Positions 55,239 through 64,000 of a stretch of DNA of 64,000 bases are shown here, piece by piece (positions within the stretch are counted from its first letter, which is position 1; every line of letters begins with the position of its first letter). Made by a program: the position numbers and the translations under genes. The stretch covers positions 3,744,001 to 3,808,000 of the forward strand of contig CBDCOH010000002.1 in the NCBI GenBank assembly GCA_965219685.1. Reading direction: 5' to 3'. Below the pieces are notes generated by a model that did not search any database, had not been told where the DNA came from, and worked only from the letters and a program-made list of their open reading frames with translations. The stretch is from Candidatus Spongiisociaceae bacterium. GTDB taxonomy: Bacteria; Actinomycetota; Acidimicrobiia; Spongiisociales; Spongiisociaceae.

Positions 55239-56714
55239 TCAGGGCCACGAGTTCTCGATGGCCTGAGTGGCCTCCTCCACCGTCTTGTCGCCGTTGACCG
55301 CGCTCGTCGCCTCGGACCAGAAGGTCCCCGCGCCCACCGCGGCGGGCATGAGATCGGACCCGTCGAAGCGGACCACCTCGGCGGTGAACAGGATGTCCAG
55401 GAAGGACTGCTCCAAGGGCTGGTAGAGATCCAGGTTGGCGTTGATGTTGGGCGACAGGAAGCCGCTCAGCACCGCTCCGCCGCCCTTTGACAGGTTCTGG
55501 AACCGCTGCCGGTTATCCGCGTACTCGGGAGTGGCGTAGTACTCCATCACGGCCCACACCTCGGGGGCGTCACGGAAGGCAGCCACCAGCGTCCCGGCGC
55601 CGAGCACCGGGCGGTCGCCCGTTACCGACGGGAAGTAGAAGACATCCACTCCGTCGGGGCCGAAACCCGTCCCGTCCGGGAAGAAAGCCGAGAAGAAGGA
55701 AGCCTGGCGATGCATCATGCAGTCGCCCTCCACCAGCGGGCGTCCGTTGTCACCGAAGAAGGTGGAGGCGATGGTCCCACCCTCCGCGTAAACGGCGCCC
55801 GGAGTGTTCCACAGGGCGAGGATCTCGTTCCAGATGGAGTTCATCTCGGGCGTGTTGAACGGAATCGTGTGGGCCACCCACTCGTCGTAGAAGTCCGCGC
55901 CCTGGTAGCGCAGGGTCAGGTCCTCCACCCAGTCGGTGAACGCCCATCCGGTAGCGCCTCCGGACTCGATTCCCACGCACCATGGCACGTTGCCGTCGTC
56001 GATCATCTGCTGGGTCAGCGCCTTCAGATCGCCCCAAGTGGTCGGGACCGAGTAACCGTTGGCCGCGAAGTCGGCCGGCCGGTACCAAACCAACGACTTG
56101 AGGTCGGCCTTGGTCGGGATGGCGTACTGGACGCCGTCCACGTTGCCGAACGCGTTCCAGGCCGCACCGATGTTGGCGTTCATAGTCGCCTGCACGTCGT
56201 CGGGAATGGGCAGTAGCCATCCCTCACGGGCGAAGTCGGCTATCTTCCCGGGCTGCGGGAACACCGCGATGTCGGGTGGGTTACCACCCGCCGCCTGGGC
56301 GTTGATCAGGTCGGAGAAGCTCCGCTCCCCGGTGTACTGGATCGTCATGCCGTTCTGGGCCGCGAAGATGTCCAGGGCCGCCTGATGGGATCCTGCCTCC
56401 GCATCGGAACTCTCCGGTCCGAACACGGTCACGGTGGTGCCGGCGAGGGGGTTCATCGCCTCCACCTCGACCTCGACCTCCACGGGGACCGTGACCTCTA
56501 CCTCGACCTCGACGGTCTCTGTGACGGTTTCGGTGACCGTCTCGGTAACAACGGATGTGACGGTCTCGGTGATGGTCTCTGTCTCCGTGACGATCGATGT
56601 CACGACCACGGTCTCGGGCGGCGGCGGGGGCGCTTCTTCGGTGTCCCCGCACGCAGCTGCCACGAGAGCCAGCGCCGCCATAAGCGCAAAGATCCTGGTG
56701 AGTTTTCTCGTCAT
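55239..56714 (-). CDS. Carbohydrate ABC substrate-binding lipoprotein (AglE-like)
   Basis: AAAC lipobox; PQPG, KSLVWY, WCVGIESGGATGW, FDGSDLMP. Confidence 0.9.
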   Translation of the reverse strand: MTRKLTRIFALMAALALVAAACGDTEEAPPPPPETVVVTSIVTETETITETVTSVVTETVTETVTETVEVEVEVTVPVEVEVEVEAMNPLAGTTVTVFGPESSDAEAGSHQAALDIFAAQNGMTIQYTGERSFSDLINAQAAGGNPPDIAVFPQPGKIADFAREGWLLPIPDDVQATMNANIGAAWNAFGNVDGVQYAIPTKADLKSLVWYRPADFAANGYSVPTTWGDLKALTQQMIDDGNVPWCVGIESGGATGWAFTDWVEDLTLRYQGADFYDEWVAHTIPFNTPEMNSIWNEILALWNTPGAVYAEGGTIASTFFGDNGRPLVEGDCMMHRQASFFSAFFPDGTGFGPDGVDVFYFPSVTGDRPVLGAGTLVAAFRDAPEVWAVMEYYATPEYADNRQRFQNLSKGGGAVLSGFLSPNINANLDLYQPLEQSFLDILFTAEVVRFDGSDLMPAAVGAGTFWSEATSAVNGDKTVEEATQAIENSWP

Positions 56715-57011
56715 GGTCCTCCTTCTTTCTTACGGTCCGCCGGGCGACTTGGTTGGGCCACCCCTGATGCTCGATTGGGAAACACGTGACCCGCCGCTCG
56801 TGCGCCACCCCACGCGTGCACTCCCCCGATCCTGCCCCGAATTCGGGAGCCGGGAGGAATCCGGAAGTCTATGCGGGTGTTCGCGACTAAGGCCTGCTAG
56901 CCATGGAAAAAAACTCCCCGGGCAGCCCTTGGCCGCCGACCGTGCCTCCGACCGTGACAGCGGGCCCGGTGGCTCCCTGGGTCACCTGCCCGCCGAGTCT
57001 GGCACCCTGCG

Positions 57012-57031
57012 TATAATCTGTCCAACCGGAT
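57012..57031 (+). promoter_or_regulatory. -10 element overlapped by an imperfect palindrome (candidate operator)
   Basis: TATAAT at 57012 and ATCTG-N6-CGGAT at 57016-57031. Confidence 0.4.
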
Positions 57032-57063
57032 ACACGGATTTATCAAGGTAGGAGGCCAGTTCC

Positions 57064-58047
57064 GTGGTGACTGCCACCAAGGAGATATTCGAGCACCTGT
57101 CGGTCCTGTCGGACCTGACGCGGGTCCGGTTGCTCTCGGTGCTCGAGGACCACGAACTGACTGTGGGCGATCTCTGCCTGGTGCTCGACCTCCCACAGTC
57201 CACCACCAGCCGCCACCTGAGGATCCTGCTGGATCACGGCTGGGTGAACAGGCGCCGGGAGGGAACCCGGCGCTACTACAGCCTGGTCCCCGCCTCGCCG
57301 GATGAGGGAGGGCGGCGCTTGTGGGATCTCGTGGGCTCCGGTGCGGCGGACCTACCGTCGGTCCATGCGGACAACGCGAGGTTGGCGGAGGTTCTCTCCG
57401 CTCGCCGGACGGCCTCCGAGGCCTACTTCTCCAGGACCGGGGAGGCGTGGGCAAGGGTGAGGAAGGAGGTGTTCGGGGACCGGTTCGACCTGCTGGGCCT
57501 GCTGGGCCTGCTGGACCCGGCATGGACGCTCGGCGATCTCGGATGCGGGACCGCGAACGTGTCCCTGATGGTGGCGCCCTTCGTGGCGAAGGTGATCGCG
57601 GTGGACGGTTCGGAAGCCATGCTCGAGGCAGCCAGGAGCAACGTCTCCCGGCTGGGGAACGTGGAGGTCCGAGAGGGCGCACTCGAGGCTCTGCCCATCG
57701 CCGACCGGTCGCTGGATGTCGCAACCCTGTTCCTCGTACTGCACCATGTGGCTGACCCGGTCCACGTCATACGCGAGGCAGCAAGGGTCATGAAAGTGGG
57801 CGCCCGGTTGATGATCGTCGACATGGAGCAGCACGAGGACGAAGCGCTCGCCGGGCGGATGGGCCATGTGTGGCTGGGATTCGATCGTTCGAACATCGAG
57901 GCCATCCTCCACCGGGTGGGGTTCGAACGCGTCGTCACCCGATCGCTACCACCCGAGAGTTCCGCCAGCGGTCCCGGCCTCTTCGTGGCCGCGGGCCGGC
58001 GCGCCTGTCCGGCGCCAGCATCCGTATCCGCATCCGTATCCGGCTGA
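57064..58047 (+). CDS. ArsR-HTH plus SAM-methyltransferase-fold regulator (SahR-like)
   Basis: ELTVGDL..QSTTSRHL, then DLGCGT and LVLHH; directly upstream of ahcY. Confidence 0.85.
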   Translation: MVTATKEIFEHLSVLSDLTRVRLLSVLEDHELTVGDLCLVLDLPQSTTSRHLRILLDHGWVNRRREGTRRYYSLVPASPDEGGRRLWDLVGSGAADLPSVHADNARLAEVLSARRTASEAYFSRTGEAWARVRKEVFGDRFDLLGLLGLLDPAWTLGDLGCGTANVSLMVAPFVAKVIAVDGSEAMLEAARSNVSRLGNVEVREGALEALPIADRSLDVATLFLVLHHVADPVHVIREAARVMKVGARLMIVDMEQHEDEALAGRMGHVWLGFDRSNIEAILHRVGFERVVTRSLPPESSASGPGLFVAAGRRACPAPASVSASVSG

Positions 58048-58072
58048 GAGATAGACAAGGAGCAGATTCCAG

Positions 58073-59542
58073 ATGATGCAGAACGCCCCTGATAAGACGT
58101 TCGACTTCAAGGTCCGGGATCTCGGGCTGGCCGAGCGGGGCCGGCGCGAGATCGAGTTGGCGGAGCACGAGATGCCCGGCCTGATGGCGCTGCGCGACAA
58201 GTACGCATCCGCCCGACCCCTGGCGGGTGCCCGTATCTCCGGATCGCTGCACATGACCGTGCAGACCGCCGTGTTGATCGAGACCCTGGCGGCACTCGGC
58301 GCAGAGGTCCGCTGGGCCTCGTGCAACATCTTCTCCACCCAGGACCACGCCGCGGCGGCGGTGGTGGTGGGCCATCCGGACGCGGGTGGGACGCCGGACG
58401 ATCCCCGGGGTGTGCCCGTCTTCGCGTGGAAGGGCGAGACACTCGATGAGTACTGGTGGTGTACCGACCGCATGCTCGCGTGGAGCGGCTTCGCCGGCCC
58501 CACGCTGATCGTCGACGACGGCGGCGACGCCACCCTGCTGGTCCACAAGGGCGCTGAGTACGGTCGACTGGGCGCGGTCCCGTCCTTCGACCCGGCCAGC
58601 GAGTCTGAGGAGTGGGGGGTGATCCTGGACCTGTTGCGCGAGCGAATCGCTGACGACCCCGAGTACTTCATCAGCATGGCCGCCTCCGTTCGCGGCGTGA
58701 GCGAGGAGACGACTACCGGGGTCCACCGCCTCTACGAGATGCAGGAGATGGGAACCCTGGCCTTCCCGGCGATGAACGTGAACGACTCGGTGACCAAGTC
58801 CAAGTTCGACAACGTCTACGGATGCCGCCATAGCCTCGTGGACGGACTCAACCGCGCCACCGACGTCATGCTGGGTGGGAAGGTGGCCCTGGTGGCCGGC
58901 TACGGAGAGGTGGGCAAGGGATGTGCCCAGGCACTGCGAGGCCAGGGCTGCCGGGTGGTGGTCTCGGAGATCGACCCGATCTGTGCCCTACAGGCCGCCA
59001 TGGACGGCTACGAGGTCAGCACGGTGGAAAACGTGGTCGAGACAGCCGACATCTTCATCACCGCCACCGGCAACCGCGACGTGATCACCGCAGAACACAT
59101 GTCGAGGATGAAGGACAAGGCCATCGTCGGCAACATCGGGCACTTCGACCACGAGATCGACATCGCCGGCCTCAAGGCGACCGAGGGTGTGGTGAGGCGG
59201 AACATCAAGCCGCAGTACGACGAGTTCGTGTTCCCGGACGGCCACGGTGTGCTGGTACTCGCAGAGGGCCGGCTCCTGAATCTGGGCTGCGCCACCGGCC
59301 ATCCCAGCTTCGTGATGTCCACCTCCTTCACCAACCAGGTTCTCGCTCAGCTGGATCTGCACGAGAACGCCGACGAGTACGACCTGGAGGTGATGCGCCT
59401 GCCCAAGTACCTGGACGAGGAAGTGGCCCGCCTCCATCTCGATCATCTGGGCGCGGAACTGACCGAACTCACCAAGGACCAAGCCGATTACATAGGCGTA
59501 CCCGTCGACGGACCCTACAAGCGAGACGAATACCGGTATTAG
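58073..59542 (+). CDS. ahcY: Adenosylhomocysteinase
   Basis: [35 protein letters not shown]. Confidence 0.97.
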   Translation: MMQNAPDKTFDFKVRDLGLAERGRREIELAEHEMPGLMALRDKYASARPLAGARISGSLHMTVQTAVLIETLAALGAEVRWASCNIFSTQDHAAAAVVVGHPDAGGTPDDPRGVPVFAWKGETLDEYWWCTDRMLAWSGFAGPTLIVDDGGDATLLVHKGAEYGRLGAVPSFDPASESEEWGVILDLLRERIADDPEYFISMAASVRGVSEETTTGVHRLYEMQEMGTLAFPAMNVNDSVTKSKFDNVYGCRHSLVDGLNRATDVMLGGKVALVAGYGEVGKGCAQALRGQGCRVVVSEIDPICALQAAMDGYEVSTVENVVETADIFITATGNRDVITAEHMSRMKDKAIVGNIGHFDHEIDIAGLKATEGVVRRNIKPQYDEFVFPDGHGVLVLAEGRLLNLGCATGHPSFVMSTSFTNQVLAQLDLHENADEYDLEVMRLPKYLDEEVARLHLDHLGAELTELTKDQADYIGVPVDGPYKRDEYRY

Positions 59543-59682
59543 TGAGTGGTGAGTGGTGAGTGGTGGCGGCCTAGACGGTCGCTTGGTGCTTCGTGCCTTT
59601 CACTGTGCTGGGAATCGAGCGGCTTCCCGGAGCGAGCAACCGCCGTGTGTTACACCCTCACCACCATTCACCATTCACCATT
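59540..59682. repeat. Opposed heptamer arrays (TGAGTGG)3 ... (ACCATTC)3 flanking ~90 bp
   Basis: Read directly; starts at the ahcY stop. Confidence 0.75.
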
Positions 59683-59691
59683 CCCCAGCCT

Positions 59692-59725
59692 TGCATATTC
59701 ATTCACATATGTGCATAATCGTGCA
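59692..59725 (+). promoter_or_regulatory. Tandem ARG boxes
   Basis: TGCATATTCATTCA and TGCATAATCGTGCA, starts 20 bp apart, before argR. Confidence 0.85.
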
Positions 59726-59727
59726 CC

Positions 59728-60192
59728 ATGAACAGGACGAACTCTCGCCGGTGGGCCTTGCGGGCCATCCTCTCGGAGCAGGTGGTTTCGAGCCAGGCGC
59801 ATCTTGCTCGGCTGCTGGCCGAGCAGGGATTCGAGGTTACCCAGGCTACGGTGTCGAGGGACCTGCGAGCAGTCGGTGCGGTCAAGACCAGGCTGGCGGA
59901 CGGGACCATGCGTTACATGTGGGATACGTCTTCGCAGTCCTCCAATGCCAGGGAGGTCCTGGCGATGACGCTGTCCACATACGCAAAGTCGGTCACGGCA
60001 AGCGGCAACCTGGTGGTCGTCAAGACCCCTCCGGGCGCGGCCCATGTGGTCGCCGCCGCGGTTGACGATTCCGGGCTCGACGGCATCCTGGGAACGGTGG
60101 CCGGCGACGACACGATGCTCATCGTCGCCGATGAGGCAACCGGCGGCCGAGCGGTGGCCGAGTTGATCGAACAGATAGGAGTGCATGGATGA
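59728..60192 (+). CDS. argR: Arginine repressor
   Basis: [24 protein letters not shown]. Confidence 0.96.
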   Translation: MNRTNSRRWALRAILSEQVVSSQAHLARLLAEQGFEVTQATVSRDLRAVGAVKTRLADGTMRYMWDTSSQSSNAREVLAMTLSTYAKSVTASGNLVVVKTPPGAAHVVAAAVDDSGLDGILGTVAGDDTMLIVADEATGGRAVAELIEQIGVHG

Positions 60193-61385
60193 GCCGGGTA
60201 ATACTGGCGTACTCGGGAGGGCTGGACACGTCGGTCATCCTGAAGTGGCTGATCGAGGAGCGGGGCCACGAGGTCATCTGCTACACGGCGGATGTCGGCC
60301 AGGGCGAGGAGGTCGAGGAGGCGGTCGTCAAGGCGTACGCGACCGGAGCGGTCGAAGCCGTGGCCGAGGACCTGCGCGAGGAGTTCGTGGAGGACTACGT
60401 ATGGCCGGCCATCCGGGCCAACGCCGTGTACGAGAACTACTACCTGCTGGGTACGTCGCTCGCCCGGCCGGTGATCGCCAAGGGCCTGGTCCGGGCCGCG
60501 GAGACCTTCGAGGCCGAGGCGATATCCCACGGCGCGACCGGCAAGGGGAACGACCAGGTTCGGTTCGAACTGTCCGCCTACGCCCTGAAGCCCGATATCC
60601 GCGTCGTGGCTCCCTGGCGTGAGTGGAGCATGAGGGGCCGGGCCGACCTGGTGGCATACGCCGACAAGCACGACATCCCGGTTCCGGTGACCGCCGAGAA
60701 GCCCTACTCGACCGACGCCAACCTGCTCCACATCTCCTACGAGGGCGGCGTCCTGGAGGATCCGTGGGTGGGTCCTCCCGAGGGGATCTTCAACCTGACC
60801 GTGGATCCGGAGGATGCGCCGGACGAGGCTCAGGAGGTCATCGTGTCCTTCGAGAGGGGCACCCCGGTGGCGGTCGACGGCGCCGAGATGTCACCGGCGG
60901 AACTGCTCGCCCACTGCAACCGGATGGCGGGAGCCCACGGGATCGGGCGGGTGGACCTCGTCGAGAACCGCTTCGTCGGGATGAAGAACCGGGGAGTGTA
61001 CGAAACGCCTGGGGGAACCCTGCTCCATCACGCGCACCGGGCGGTGGAGTCGATAACCCTCGACCGCGAACTGGCCCACCTCCGCGACGAGCTGATGCCC
61101 CGGTATGCCGAGATGGTCTACTACGGGTTCTGGTTCTCACCCGAGCGCCGAGCGCTGCAAAACCTCATGGACGACCTGCAGTCCGGCGTCACGGGAGAAG
61201 CCCGGATGCGCCTCTACAAGGGCAGAGCCACGGTCGTCGGCCGCCGGTCGGACACCCACACGCTGTACGACCAGGAGACGGTGACCTTCGAGGAGGGCGG
61301 CACCTACGACCAGGCCGACGCCACCGGATTCATCAGGCTCAACGCGCTCCGGCTGCGGATGCAGGCCGGCCGGGGTCTGGGGTGA
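60189..61385 (+). CDS. argG: Argininosuccinate synthase
   Basis: [27 protein letters not shown]. Confidence 0.97.
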   Translation: MSRVILAYSGGLDTSVILKWLIEERGHEVICYTADVGQGEEVEEAVVKAYATGAVEAVAEDLREEFVEDYVWPAIRANAVYENYYLLGTSLARPVIAKGLVRAAETFEAEAISHGATGKGNDQVRFELSAYALKPDIRVVAPWREWSMRGRADLVAYADKHDIPVPVTAEKPYSTDANLLHISYEGGVLEDPWVGPPEGIFNLTVDPEDAPDEAQEVIVSFERGTPVAVDGAEMSPAELLAHCNRMAGAHGIGRVDLVENRFVGMKNRGVYETPGGTLLHHAHRAVESITLDRELAHLRDELMPRYAEMVYYGFWFSPERRALQNLMDDLQSGVTGEARMRLYKGRATVVGRRSDTHTLYDQETVTFEEGGTYDQADATGFIRLNALRLRMQAGRGLG

Positions 61386-61431
61386 GCCCGATGAGGGGCG
61401 ATGCACCTCCCCGGAGTCCGGAGGCGTAGCG

Positions 61432-62793
61432 GTGGCCCAGATGTGGGGAGGCCGGTTTGCGGAGGGCCCCGACGAGCTGCTGTGGCGCTTCACGGTGGAC
61501 CACTCGGACCGACGCCTGCTGCTCGACGATGTCACCGGTTCGCTCGCACACGTAGCGATGCTCGGGTCCGCCGGGCTCCTGGATCCAGGAGAAGTCGAGG
61601 CTCTCACGCAGGGCCTGAAGACCATCGAGTCCGAGGCCGGAGCGGGTAGCTTCTCGTTCTACGACGTCGACGAGGATGTCCACTCCGCGGTGGAGCGGAG
61701 GCTGGGCGCACTGGTGGGAGAGGTGGCCGGCAAGCTCCACACCGGCCGCTCCCGCAACGATCAGGTGGCGCTGGATCTTCGCCTCTACCTGCGGCGCTCG
61801 GCGGAGGAGCGGGTGGCACAACTCCGGGACTTCGCGCTGACGATGGCGTCGGCTGCCGAATCCGTCGGGGAGACCGTGGTCGCCGGCTATACCCACCTCC
61901 AGCAGGCGCAGGCGGTGCCCCTGGCCCATCACCTGCTCGCCTACGCGTCGGCCGCGTTGAGGGACATCGAGAGATTCGAGGATCTGGGCGGGCGCCTCGA
62001 CGTCTCCCCGCTGGGCGCCGGGGCCTTGGGTGGCAGCAGCCTTCCCCTCGACCCGGACCGCTCCGCCGGGCTGCTGGGAATGGCGGGCAGGTTCGTCAAC
62101 TCGATGGACGCGGTGGCTGCCCGGGATCACGTATCCGAGTACGCCTTCGCCTGCTCCCAAGCGCTGCTTCACCTGTCCCGGTTGGCCGAGGAGTGCGTGC
62201 TGTGGACCACCACGGAGTTCGGATGGATCACCTTCAGCGACGCGCTCACCACCGGGTCGTCGGCCATGCCACACAAGAAGAACCCCGACATCGCCGAGCT
62301 CACCCGCGGCCGGGCGGCCATCGCCCTTGGGCACCTGGCAGGACTGATGGCCTTGCAGAAGGGCCTGCCCATGACCTACAACCGGGATCTGCAGGAGGAC
62401 AAGGCGGCGCTGTTCGCCATCGACGACGCCCTGGCGGGGGCGCTGGAGGCGATGGCCGCCCTGATCCGGAGCGCCGAGTTCCACCCGCCCCTTCCGGACT
62501 CGTCCGTAACCGCTCTCGACCTGGCCGAGGCTCTGGTCGAGAGGGGCGTTCCGTTCCGGGAAGCGCACGAGGCGGTCGGCGCGTTGCTGGCATCCCTCAT
62601 TGCGGACGGGAGGACGCTGTCGGCGGCCACCACGGAGGATCTGGACGCGATGGATGTCAGGTTCGAGCCGGCCGATCTGGCCCTGACCGAACCGGTCGAG
62701 TCGGTCCGCCGCCGGCGGTCGACAGGGGGGGCGAGCTTCGCCTCGGTGCGGGAGCAACTGCGGATGCTGAGGGATCGGCTGGGTAGTTGTTAG
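61432..62793 (+). CDS. argH: Argininosuccinate lyase
   Basis: WGGRF, HTGRSRNDQ, GSSAMPHKKNPD. Confidence 0.96.
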   Translation: MAQMWGGRFAEGPDELLWRFTVDHSDRRLLLDDVTGSLAHVAMLGSAGLLDPGEVEALTQGLKTIESEAGAGSFSFYDVDEDVHSAVERRLGALVGEVAGKLHTGRSRNDQVALDLRLYLRRSAEERVAQLRDFALTMASAAESVGETVVAGYTHLQQAQAVPLAHHLLAYASAALRDIERFEDLGGRLDVSPLGAGALGGSSLPLDPDRSAGLLGMAGRFVNSMDAVAARDHVSEYAFACSQALLHLSRLAEECVLWTTTEFGWITFSDALTTGSSAMPHKKNPDIAELTRGRAAIALGHLAGLMALQKGLPMTYNRDLQEDKAALFAIDDALAGALEAMAALIRSAEFHPPLPDSSVTALDLAEALVERGVPFREAHEAVGALLASLIADGRTLSAATTEDLDAMDVRFEPADLALTEPVESVRRRRSTGGASFASVREQLRMLRDRLGSC

Positions 62794-62869
62794 TTGCTAG
62801 TTGCTAGTTACAATGGTGAGCGATGGATTGAGTCATTTGCCATCCTTATTAGTGGTGCTTGGGCCTCAC
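62784..62869. repeat. Heptamer array (contains argH stop) plus partial, diverged copy C of the MITE-like element
   Basis: TAGTTGT TAGTTGC TAGTTGC TAGTTAC, then TGGATTGAGTCATTTGCCATCCT...GGGCCTCAC matching the A/B core. Confidence 0.6.
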
Positions 62870-63027
62870 AGGTAGGCCTTCGTCGACGGGTCTTGCAAGG
62901 GGCGCCGCTGCCGGCGGATGTCACACCGTTGCTTCACGGGCGGACTTGGGCCCTCTCCATAGCGGTCGCTGGAAGATGTGATCGGGTCCTGTAGTCTCAC
63001 TGGACCAACTCACCCCCGGAGGTTCCA

Positions 63028-63690
63028 GTGGCCGAGCAATCTGTGACCGTCAGCGTTCGGCCCGACGGTCCGTACATAGTCTCGGGATCCATACCTCTGA
63101 GGGTCAGGCGCCCGGTTACATCCGAGCACGGGGAACCGCTCACGTGGCAGGGCGACGAGCCGAGCGAACAAGGCCGGATCTACGCGCTGTGCAGGTGCGG
63201 CGAGTCCTCCAGCAAGCCGTATTGTGACGGTACCCACGCCAAGACGGGCTTCGACGGTACGGAAACGGCGGCGACCGACTCCTTCCGGGAGCGGTGTGCC
63301 GACCTCGGCGGGATCGGCATGCAGGTGTCGGACGACCGCAGCATCTGTGTCCATGCCGGGTTCTGCGGTAACCGGGTGTCCAACGTGTGGAAGATGACCG
63401 GCGAGACCGATGACAGCGTGGTCCGAGCCCAGGTGATGGCCATGGTCGAACGCTGCCCCTCAGGAGCCCTCACCTTCTCCGTGGACGGTGCCGAGATCGA
63501 GCCGGCGTTACCGGTCGAGATATCGGTGATCGCCGATGGACCGCTCTGGCTGACCGGCGGAATTGCGGTCGAACGAGCGGACGGGGAGCCGTTCGAGACC
63601 CGTAATCGGGTGACCCTGTGCCGCTGCGGTCAATCATCCAACAAGCCGCTCTGCGACGGATCGCACAAGAAAGTGGGGTTTGAGGGCTGA
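63028..63690 (+). CDS. CDGSH iron-sulfur protein (two CDGSH domains flanking a ferredoxin-like CxHxxxC...CPSGAL domain)
   Basis: CRCGESSSKPYCDGTH, CVHAGFC, CPSGAL, CRCGQSSNKPLCDGSH. Confidence 0.9.
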   Translation: MAEQSVTVSVRPDGPYIVSGSIPLRVRRPVTSEHGEPLTWQGDEPSEQGRIYALCRCGESSSKPYCDGTHAKTGFDGTETAATDSFRERCADLGGIGMQVSDDRSICVHAGFCGNRVSNVWKMTGETDDSVVRAQVMAMVERCPSGALTFSVDGAEIEPALPVEISVIADGPLWLTGGIAVERADGEPFETRNRVTLCRCGQSSNKPLCDGSHKKVGFEG

Positions 63691-63766
63691 CCGACCGGTC
63701 GCGTCCTTCCGTCCGGTGTAGGCGACGTAATGAGTTTCCGGTAGCGCTCGAGTTGACCGGATGTGA

Positions 63767-64000
<234 letters not shown>

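Noticed and set aside
58018-58042. GYATCC hexamer repeat at the regulator C-terminus
   Set aside because: Short in-frame microsatellite in a probably disordered tail (ASVSASVS).

Overview
High-GC bacterial chromosome segment. Actinomycetota is inferred from the ARG-box style, the lipoprotein SBPs and the arg gene order; an Acidimicrobiia-like origin is only a guess. Core content: argCJBD and argRGH (each behind tandem ARG boxes), serA, a sahR-like regulator with ahcY, a PotABCD-type operon carrying a CocE hydrolase, a sugar ABC system with GH13 and GH1 glycosidases, and an ExeM-SLH nuclease next to a 5'-nucleotidase. Accessory content: a ~16.6 kb metal-uptake region with three Fur/Zur-like boxes, and a defence-like block (AAA-DUF4143 plus a 2033-aa DUF4011-helicase-Vsr-type protein). 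Four signals stand out. (1) A ZnuA/AztC-type zinc-binding lipoprotein appears to carry a whole AztD-like chaperone domain inside its His-rich loop. (2) 7-nt tandem arrays at gene 3' ends keep a stop codon every 7 nt, closing all three frames, and supply the real stop of several genes. (3) A CTAG-ended, MITE-like element with inverted ends carries this heptamer array (2 full copies, 1 partial). (4) In two independent places a toxin/defence-type gene sits between a host gene and a synonymously diverged second copy of that gene's 3' end. No rRNA, tRNA, CRISPR array or transposase was recognised. All family assignments come from motifs read by eye; no searches were run.
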